Assembly: GCA_964247055.1 (NCBI GenBank)
Contig: OZ176050.1
Span: forward strand, 13,702,001-13,766,000
Length of the DNA stretch: 64,000 nucleotides
Origin: Paragordius varius
Lineage: Eukaryota; Animalia; Nematomorpha
Reading direction: 5' to 3'
The notes under the pieces are model-generated. The model ran no database searches and was not told the DNA's origin. It saw nothing but the letters and a program-made list of their open reading frames with translations. Shown piece after piece: positions 52,201 through 64,000 of the stretch. Position numbers and translations under genes: made by a program. Positions within the stretch are counted from its first letter, which is position 1. Every line of letters starts with the position of its first letter.

Positions 52201-55200
52201 TAAGTAGTTTAAATTTTTTGATGTTATTACTGTTTTTATATATATATATATCCACAGGATATCAAGTGCCTACAAAAATGCGCTATAAACTGTTTTATGA
52301 AGACATGAGTAAGTTTTTGTAAAACAAAATAAATCTTATTTCCATTTTATATTTTATATTAAATATTAACAGATCAGCTGTTATAGAAATGAAGAGATTT
52401 TTTGAAAGGGATTATTTAATAAACAATGACTTTGGTTAAGGCTTTTAAAGGAAAATTACATCAACTTAAATTTAAAAGATATTTTGATATCAATCCAATT
52501 TTTTTTAAACTATTTTTATGTAGAATTGTATTTAGAATCAAAATCGGTGTGTGATCTTGTAACTGACATCCGTGCAAAATATAACATAATCGATTATTTT
52601 GCTAACGTATCCTATATTGAGTAATTTTTTTTAAATTATTTGGGTTGGTCTAAAACAGGGCATCTTAAACTATGGGTCGCGACCCCATTGGGTCGCGAGT
52701 GATAAAAATACGATTTAACAAAAAATGTTTTTTAACTTGTAAAATTATTGTTATAAAGTAAAATCATCGTAAAATATATCATAAAATCTTCTGCGGAATC
52801 AAATCATTATAATCTATATTTTTATAAAAATGGAAAATGCTGGCCTTGTGATCTGTTTCCAGAAAACCGGTAAACCCATTCAAATCCAAATGTCAAAAAA
52901 ATATATTCATTAATGAATGCCCCGATAATAGCTTCGCCATTTTTTGAATTAGGCTCCCAGTTCGGGCCCACCCCGTGAAACGTGTTTTTTTTGAAAACAG
53001 AAGTCCAAAAAAATCGTGTCTTTGAGACAATTTTCCGGAAAACGTGTTGGACCATTTGCAAATGTGATTATTTTTACTTTTTTTCGATTGCGCCTAACCT
53101 AGCCGGCTTACTTATTTAATTTAGGCTCTCATTTTACCCGTTCCCCCCGTAAAACGCCATTTTTTTAAAAAAAACTAAATAATTTTTTGCCCATGAGATG
53201 AGACCTTTAAAATTCACTGAGGATTCGAGTTATTCTCTGTTAAAAAACAAAAATCTTAGTCTTGCGTTTTTTAATATTGGCTGCTGGGTAAACAGATAGC
53301 CGCTAAAACTGCGCCACTATATACAAATTGCGTTGTTTTGGAGCTAATTTACAGAAAATTTATGAAGCCATATGGGATCATTAAAATCTGGAAATATTAC
53401 CGGTAACTTGGTAAAAATTAAGGTCCGGTTTTTTTATTAGCCGTTTATTTGGGGCCTTTATGCCCTCAAATGCCATCATATAACGATTATTTAGTATTGA
53501 GGTATTTTTTCGAATAACCCATGAGACGGTGGTATCAAAAATGATTCCAAATATTTGCCCTTTAACTCAGCGCTTTTTCCATATAGGTCTATGGGTAGGG
53601 GTCTATCGGTTTAAAACTGACACGCCATACAAAATAGGCGTAGTTTTGGAGCTCAAAAAACTTAAGAAGCCATACGAGTTCAGTTAAATACATTTCTGAG
53701 GAATTTGTATAATATCATTCTTTCCAAAAAGGGACCACAAATAATTTATCCCTTGATCCCAGCTGTATGAACACAATTTCGAATTAAAACTTTTGACCAT
53801 GATTTCGTAAAACAAAAATCTTAAAATAAATCCAATGATAGCTGAAGATTAACTTTAACAAGGGACAGATTAAATATGGTCAATTTAGAGTAAACAATAT
53901 TTCAGCCTATGCAAAAACCCGTAAAAGAATAATTAAAGACAATCTTTTAATTAAATATGTTTATTATGATTTTTTTTCCATTAACTCTATTTATTGCAAA
54001 TTATTAAAAATAATTATCTGTGAGACTACTTCACAGCGAAGCGTGACAGGGCCAGCTAGCATCTTGTATAAATTTGCTATGAATCAGAAAATGTTATTCT
54101 CCTGATAAATATTATCAACAAAATTTCTAAGAGTTATTTCGAAGAAACTATTATTTTTCTATTATATTTGTTGGGGTCGTTGAGAAACTCGCAATCATAA
54201 ATGGGGTCGGGAACTAAAAAAGTTTAAGAAGCCCTGGTATACACATAATTAAAATAAAACTTATATTAATATATAAAAAAATTTAATATGTTTCAATAAA
54301 ATCTTTATGGATCATGAGTTACGTGAAAAACTTTGTAAAAAGTCATTATGGATCGACTAAGTTATTAATCAAGTAGGGTATTATTTTTAACTATATATAT
54401 ACTTATTTAAATGGAATATATATAAAATATACCACAAAATTTTGATCATACATATTATTACAGTCATGTATCCTTTATTTTATCAAAAATTTATTTTCTT
54501 TCGTTAAATGGGTATAATTGTTAAAGAATGGAAAAAAACAAGGGCTCTATGGTATTAACAATATCATATTTATCAAAAAATTATAAGAATTACCATATAG
54601 CTCTTTTTTCCTTTCTGTACCAAATATTTAAACCCATTTGACAAAAAAAAATTTTTGTATAAAGGATACATGACTGTATATATAATGTGAGTCATATGAT
54701 ATATTTATATGTTCTTCATGATATTTATAAAAATAATTTTTACTAAGGGAAACTTATAAAGTTTATATTATGGTATTAGAATTGTATAAAATATATCCAT
54801 TGTAATTTTTTATTTTGAATTTCGTAGAAATATAACTTTAGTACGCCCTACCGATAATAATCTACGTATTTATGCAGTATTGAATGCCAAGATTACACAT
54901 GTAGAAACACCGACACAATATAAGCTAACTGTTTTTCCCTCTTTAATAAATGTAACACAAATTTTTGGCTATGCACCTCTTTTCATAACGGAATTTGAAC
55001 AGGTTGATAAATATTTCACAATTATTGATAAATAATTCAATAACCGATAAATTAAATTATGCGTCCCAAATGGCCACAAATGTGTATTTGCTCAATAGAG
55101 TATTTTTATAACTTAGACCGAATCGGTTGCAATTTGCCATGCATCTTTTTGAAAATTAAAAAAGTTATGTAGCCATCTAATAAATTTGTACAATATTCTG

Positions 55201-56709
55201 ACAAAGGCGTAGTTTGAGGGGGGAAAGGGGGCTGATGCACCGGATGCCATAGGTGAAGGGGCGCCGGATTTCAAAAAAAAATTAATTTTATTATAATATG
55301 CTTATAAAAAAATCACGCAGGTATGAGGGTCATGACCACGGTTTAAATTCGATTATTTTTTCTAAAACGCAAGGGGGCGCCAGAACTGCAAGCTACGTAA
55401 TATTCTTCTGTGCAAAGTCCAAAGTAAAAAATTAGTAAGAGATGGTTTTACGGCTGACAGTGGCAATAAAAAATTACCTGTTATGGTGCTAAGAAAAAAA
55501 TATAGGAGTGTTTTTATTAAAATATATTGCTATTCCCAATCTTTCTAGTTTGCGTGAATAATAAATCACTATACAGTAAAAAATTGAAATTACAGTATGC
55601 AGTTTAATGGTTGCTTATTTCACGCCATAGTTGGGCGATTCGCAACACAGGAGTGTATGGAATAATAAGGGAAATAATTGTTTTTTCAACATTCTGTTGT
55701 TTTTCCAATACAATACTGTCTTGAAAATTTCACTATCGTGTGAAATAAGAACCATTAAAATGCATACTGAATATAAAGTAAAAAAAATAATGCTAATATT
55801 TTTTCAAAAGACCGCTACGCTAACTGTTTTTAACTCATTTTTTCATTGTTTCCAAAAGTGTTTATAGTGATATATGTATATTAGTAACAAATTCAATCAT
55901 GCATTTTACAAGTTTAATTAAATAATTTATATGGTTACAAAAGTATGGTTGTCTTTTGAAAAAATTTGTCATTATATTTCTAAGTTTTTCTGTATATGTC
56001 AATTTTAACCGTAATATTAGTTTGAAATTCATCAATTGGCAAAGCACAGGGCCCACTGTGGAATCCATATAGAATATCTGGCATCTGGTCGCAAAATAAG
56101 ATTACCGATTTTAGCAGATGAAAAGGTTTAGTTAATGTAACTATTTACAATAGTTTTGTTTTATATTGTTGACCTATACACTTTTTCAAATAAAAAAATG
56201 GATTTTATGATACTTCAAATCATAATGATCCTATCAATATCAAAAAACATAAAACTAATATAAAATATACTTTTTAATTTAATATGAATCAATCAAATAG
56301 TCCACAACTAATGAAGGCCTTTAAGATTTTAAATTTTTATGATGCTGGAATACAGTGTTAACCATAACTTTAAAATCTGTGTTTATGGGTTTTGTTGCTA
56401 ATAAATATGGAGTGAAAATAAATTTCGCAAAAAAATTAAGCTTTGGTTTAATAAATATAAAATTTAATCATTGTTTTAATAAAAATATAAATTTAGTTGA
56501 AATTGATACAAACCCACACGGCTGTAATCATAAACGTACAAAGTTACACTGAACAAAACTATACTTTTACGTATCAGGACGCTTTCATTGAACACATTGA
56601 ATGTACAAAATTTCAGGGCTCAAAAAGGCCCGAATTTTTATTTGTCCCGCCCCAACCTCGAATGCATTTAAAAAGAGTCATTAGAATATGCTCATCATAT
56701 ATACCATGA
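49246..56709 (+). CDS. Unassigned two-module protein (paralog of 17027-22270); first exon not found
   Basis: Exons 49246-49291, 49387-49561, 51055-51207, 51993-52185, 52258-52308, 52378-52434, 52524-52620, 54828-55002, 56021-56125, 56497-56709 (TGA). GT-AG throughout, one frame. Motifs shared with the paralog: LCN..ILRPSG, QYNPE, LCGTN, LRISQY, IFG(F/Y)APL, LKR(I/V)(V/I)R.C. Confidence 0.87.
50137..50795 (-). mobile_element. Non-autonomous Helitron
   Basis: Minus strand: A|TCTATAT 5' end at 50795, hairpin GCTGC-GTA-GCAGC, then CTAG|T at 50137; inserted between A and T with no TSD. Confidence 0.8.
52656..54236. mobile_element. hAT MITE interrupted by a Helitron
   Basis: CAGGGCATCTTAAACT...AGTTTAAGAAGCCCTG termini; degraded flanks gtctaaaa/gtatacac. 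Confidence 0.7.
52813..54059 (+). mobile_element. Non-autonomous Helitron sharing its 5' ~500 bp with 50137-50795
   Basis: A|TCTATAT 5' end; 3' end CACAGCGAAGCGTGACAGGGCCAGCTAG (hairpin plus CTAG). The base after CTAG is C rather than the canonical T. Confidence 0.78.
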
Positions 56710-56714
56710 TAATT

Positions 56715-57200
56715 TTATATATATGGGCACTTTGCCTAATTTTTTTGATAAGAGATTGATTGCCTTATATTTTACAAATAAATTATTTGACATTTGTTTA
56801 TTATTAATTTCAAAAGTATTTATAGGGCTCGTCAAATTTTTCAGTGTCCAGCTTTCGCACCCATATAGTAATGTGGGAAATACTGTTGCCTTGATTAATC
56901 TGTTAGACGAAATTCCTAATTCCACTATTTTAAATAAAATTAATTGTGAAATGTCACTACTGCGCAGCCTAATAAGCCAAAATTCTCCTATTTTGGCCAT
57001 ATTATGATATCTAACTGAAAAGTCACTGATGGGAAAAGTGAAGGGTGCTCGTAAAAGAGGAACAAGAACTCGTTGGATGGATAACATCCTCAAAGAAACC
57101 AACCAAGCATTTGAACTAAAGGCTAGATTTTGTATTCGCAATGAATGGAGAAGATATATTTTCAATATTGCAGTTAGTCGAAAACGACCTTAACAACAAC
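56715..57200. mobile_element. RTE-clade LINE fragment with inverted 5' part
   Basis: Minus strand ~56935 to 56720 encodes RLIKATVFPTLLYGCESWTLK. Plus strand from ~56937 encodes the downstream SYFGHIM...GKVKGARKRG..RWMD and ends in an (AAC)n tail. Confidence 0.78.
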
Positions 57201-58654
57201 AATGTTTTCAAAAGAAAATTAATAGAAATGGTGCAAAGAAAAATTATGAGAAACATTTTAGCAATGTAAAAGTAATTATTTTGTTTTATTTTACTAAGGT
57301 TAAGGGGTGTTATAATAGCTTTCGATTTTTTATTAAATCAATTATTATAAAATAAATAGTATAACCTAAAGGTGGTGGGTGCATTGCAGTGCGCACACTG
57401 AGAAAATAACATGACGAAATAATCCAATAGAATTATTAGGGTTATTGCTTTTGGCTCTTCCCAGTGTAATGTTATTTACACTATTGTAATATGTCATATC
57501 AGAAAATACTTTAATTTGAGGACATATTTTAGATAAAATTTTTCAGTCAAACTAATGCTTCATTCCAAAATATATCATTAAACTATATCAAAAACTACAT
57601 ATAAATAGCAAAAAAATTATTTTAAATTTTTTTTATTTTTAGATATGATTTATCAAAGTCTCAAATTTATTCAATCTCCTTATATGGTAGTTTTCTTAAA
57701 ATAAACGCGAAAATGTTTAGATAGTGCGATATTAAATATATCTAAATTTTGATATACACTAAAAATATTAAATATATACTATTTTACAAGAATAAATATT
57801 ATAGCAAAATTTAGTTATCCTACTTCATACTATTTTGCAGTGAAACGGTATAAAGACCCTTTAAGATATTAACACTTTAAACATATAATTCGATATTGAA
57901 CATTTCTATTCCTCAGAATTTGGATTAAAATATTCGTTCGTCTTTGAATTTGTATCATTTGTGTTTTTTACTAAAATTCCTTTGAAACAGAGAGCATTAC
58001 TAATTATATTAAAAAAATGTTTTTATGATATCATTTAAACCGTTTCCATCATAACACAAAATACTATGAAGTAAACTTCAATAAAGTTTTGCTAAAAATT
58101 AAATTTTTGAAAAAAGTTTTTATTTTTAATATTTTTAGTTGATTTTAAAATATTTAAAACATTTATCGGGAAATACCGCATTTTTGCGTTATTTTGACAA
58201 CTAGCCCATTTTGGAAGAGCGAAAAATTATAAACTTTCGGAGCGCACATTTAAATTAAACTTCTTTGAAAATATTGTTTTAATTTATTTTAGTGATATTC
58301 TTGTCTCTAACTTTCACCAAATTATATTTAAAAAATGTGCACAAATTTTGCCATTCCTGATTTAGAGCAGTTACTATGAAAATAATAACTTTCTTATATC
58401 ACTCGTAAGGGCCAAAACAAAAAGCATCATGAAATTCCTGATGCATTTAATCAATATATTATCAAAAATATTTTACCCCCTCAATTGGAATAAACAACAT
58501 TTGGTTGGTTATTTTAGCTGCCAAGGGTAATCATAACTTTCAGCGTTCGAATCCAACACTAAACTACATTAGTATCATTTATTAGTATAATCCACAGTTT
58601 TATATATATATCTTCAAAATAAGAATGACATAGACAATTTTATCTTATGTTTAA

Positions 58655-60702
<2,048 letters not shown>

Positions 60703-63403
60703 GTTGAAAACCAAACGGATTTAAGTTAAATGGTATAGATTGTAATTTAAATTTATGGGTTATATGATTTAAAATATATAGTATATATATTTATTAATTA
60801 AATTATTATGGATATTTATTATAAAATATTAAACAATGATGCTATGTATTAAAAAGTTTCATAGAATTAAACCCAATATATGCAAAACAATAATCCAGGT
60901 ATCCAGAAAAGGTGGCAGGCATGGTTTAAGCGCCACTGTCCGCACAGGACGATCCTTACCTCCTACGCTTTTACACGCTTCAGGGCAGGGGGGCGCCACT
61001 TTATTGCTGGGTGCCTCTAAGGTTATATAGAGTAAAACATGTAGTACAACAGATAAATTAAAAGCGATAATAATAATATTAAATTATATATAATTTACCC
61101 CGTATTTAAGGTCAAAACAAAAATTCGAATGATCTTTTTTGGCCTAGCGACAATTAACACTTGGATACAACACATTCATTTCAGTTCTTCGATTCAAATG
61201 GTTGGATACACCAGACCTGTTTAAAATTAAAATCAGACAAAAGGCACTTATATAACATTAAAGAACCAAAATAAAATAAATTAATTCAAAAAAATTTGAT
61301 ATTAATTATTTAAAGGTTAAACCCAAAAGTTAGAATTTAGTCAACTTAAAATATGTGCATTAAAAAAATAGTTAAAAATGAACCACTTTTTCTGTTTCTA
61401 TTATTATTAGATGTGACTTAAATAAAAACAGAGCTTTAAAGCTATAAAATATATAAACACGATATTTTGCAAAAATGTTGCAAAAAAATGGCGTCGAAGT
61501 AGTTTGATATAGAACGTTTTCTTTTAAACTAAAGTTTATTAGATATTTTGTGTAATTTATTTAATTTTTATTAGGGTAAAAGAAATAATTAAACTGGGAC
61601 CGTTTCTTTCACTAGTTTTTTAAAATCTCAACTTAAATATAGTCTGGGATATTAAGAAAGTCCAATTTGAATCTAAGTGTTAACGCCGTTCCAACTTTTG
61701 TAGTTATCGCTCGTTATCACTAAATTTAAGCTTCGATATTATATTTTTTGGAGCCTTTTATTTCAAAATTAATAAATTATATAAAATATTAAAAGTATTT
61801 ATTGTTATTTATTTTGGAAATATCCAAGTCGAAAATTGTCGCTCTATAATTTATTAATAGATAGCGTTATTGCGCGAAAATAAATATGGTATATTACACT
61901 GCTCCCGAAAAAGTATAATAAACTGACAAATTATATAAATAAAATATTTATATCAGGCTTCCAATACTGATTTGTGATGATTGCTTGATGCCCTAAAGGC
62001 GCACTTAGCGCATAACATATGTTTCCTAAAAATTCAATAAAAGCTAATTGTCTTATTGTATAAAAATCATTAAATGATAAAATATATTTAAACAAATATA
62101 ATCTTATTTGCCCTTCTAAACAGGCTATCGTAACACTTCATTACATTATTATTTGGGTCTAGTTATTTTGGGATATTTTATGTTAAATTTTTATTATAAA
62201 TCCCTTTTGATTGTATGAGATTAAAACATGATTTTCACAATTGTCTATATATTTAAATTAAAACGCTGTTTTTAAATAATAAATATCAATATTACCTGGT
62301 AAATTGCAATTTATAAGTTTCCTAAATTTATATATTTTTAACCATAATAATACATTATGCATGTTGTATAACATGATTCAAACTGGGGTATCTAATTACC
62401 TCAGGAAATATTAAAATTCATAATTTTAGAATATCGAAGGAAACGGTTTCAGTTTAAATTTATGCTTCTATACTAATAAAAATTATATAAATAAGATAAA
62501 ATATTTAAATGAAATTTAGCTTTAAAAGAAAAGTTCCGTATCAAACTACTTGGACGCTATTTTTATTTTAAAATTTGCAAAATATCGTGTTTATTTGATT
62601 CCAAGTTAAAATTAGTAATACTTTTTTATTAAAATCACATTTAACATTGACATAAACAGAAAAAGTGGTATATTTTGCATTATTTGTCATCTTGGCTAAA
62701 TTTTTACCTTTCGGTTTTACCCCTGAATAGGTAACATTTAGTATTGAATGAATATTTTATTATATTTCGGTTTATTAATGTTATATAAGTGCAAACATTT
62801 GCCATGGTTTTAATTTATTCCATAATTTTTGAAAATTTTATATTTAAACAAGCTTGAGGTATCTAACTACCCCAATTTAAATTGAAGCACAGAAATGAAT
62901 GCTTTGTATTCAAGTGATAAAGGATAAAAAATATGGTGGCGAAAAAGTTTGAAATGATTAGTATTCACAACTTTTATAAAAAAATTTTTTTAATCATCCT
63001 AAAAGACTATATGATTTGGCCCATAACTTAAATTTTGAATGAAAATGCGGTATAAAACCTTCCCCAAATTTTCTTATCTATAGCAGTTACTATTAAAAGT
63101 AAATAATAATCCCCCGCAAAAACCAAAAAAATGCAAACATGGATAATTACATTTTCCTTATATAAAATATTATTTTGACTAAAAAATTGATGTGGCATAG
63201 TTACATAAATTTTTATTGGGATATTTAAACCCAATTTGTCTTTGCTAAACTAAACGGTTGATAAATATTCATTCATAAATATGATCCAATAGTAAAGGTT
63301 ATTTTTCAAATGAGTTTGATATTAACTCACACAAAATATATTAGTTCAATTATACTAGGGGCGCTTATTCTAATTGGTATACCACATTTATCTTAATTTA
63401 TAG

Positions 63404-63451
63404 GAATCGCATACACCATTTCCGGGCGAGGTCAACGGTTTGATGTCGAAG
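63404..63451 (+). other. Possible isolated short exon of an unresolved gene
   Basis: GC-richer island bounded by tttatag and gtatta with two open frames; no partner exons identified. Confidence 0.2.
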
Positions 63452-64000
63452 GGTATTATATTTGATTTTAAACGATAACTACCCGATTAATAATGTTTTT
63501 ATGGAAACAATATTTTTATTTTTTAAAAATACTTATTCATAAGATTATAACTATTAAGTTAAAAGATCTTTCTAAGTAATATGAGTTTGATATTGATTAA
63601 ATAAACGTAAAATTTTTACCATACCATACCTATATATGGGCTAAATCCTCTTATTACTTCAAATTGCTAATTAAATTTTCTTTTAATTATATATAATGCT
63701 AAATTTTACGCACTAATTTTAGCAAATATTTAACTTACCTAATACAGACATTAAATAATTTTAACCAAACTTTTCGCATAGATTCCTTGTTAATACTTCG
63801 ACATTTAATTTTTTTACTTCTATAATTCCTAAGATAAACCTTATAAGATAAATTTTCACCTTACCAAACCCTTTTCTGATTATAGATTTTTGGCAATACT
63901 ACATCGTTTAACTTTTCACTTTGATTATGTTCTTTCGATAAACCTTAAAATCTCTAGATTTTTCCTAAAACAAACTTTTTTCTTTACATAGATTCCTGGT

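Noticed and set aside
50574-53061. ORFs 50574, 50596 and 52822 as duplicated genes
   Set aside because: Chance frames inside the shared Helitron arm; similarity reflects the repeat.
60836-61030. 64-aa ORF upstream of Ran
   Set aside because: Overlaps a GC-rich repeat-like patch similar to 55200-55400; no splice partners or recognisable motif.
63700-64000. Recurring motifs (catagattcct, gataaacctta) suggesting a repeat-coding exon
   Set aside because: All minus-strand frames contain stops and the sequence is cut by the window edge; cannot be assigned.

Overview
This is strongly AT-rich, intron-containing, transposon-rich nuclear DNA from an invertebrate animal; no prokaryotic features were seen. 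Two genes are recognisable: a complete Ran GTPase (minus strand, 5 coding exons, 216 aa) and a non-alpha nicotinic acetylcholine receptor subunit of the insect beta1/ARD type (plus strand, 32108-45001, signal-peptide exon not found). The receptor has an M3-M4 loop of about 500 aa. Manual exon assembly reveals a gene family I cannot assign, mostly missed by the ORF track. It has three loci: a multi-module gene at <1-8182 (+), and two paralogs at 17027-22270 (-) and 49246-56709 (+) with six exons of identical length. The paralog proteins look like tandem copies of a ~200-aa Cys-containing module encoded by four exons and bounded by phase-1 introns. The minus-strand paralog needs GT-AG introns of only 22 and 28 nt. 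Mobile DNA: a full-length but defective Mag-like Ty3/Gypsy element nested in a Buster-type hAT that is itself inside a MITE, a second hAT copy preserving the empty site, two inverted Helitrons with different 3' ends, RTE fragments (one 5'-inverted), two mariner relics, a tRNA-derived SINE and several MITE families. All exon models are manual predictions and need RNA-seq confirmation.
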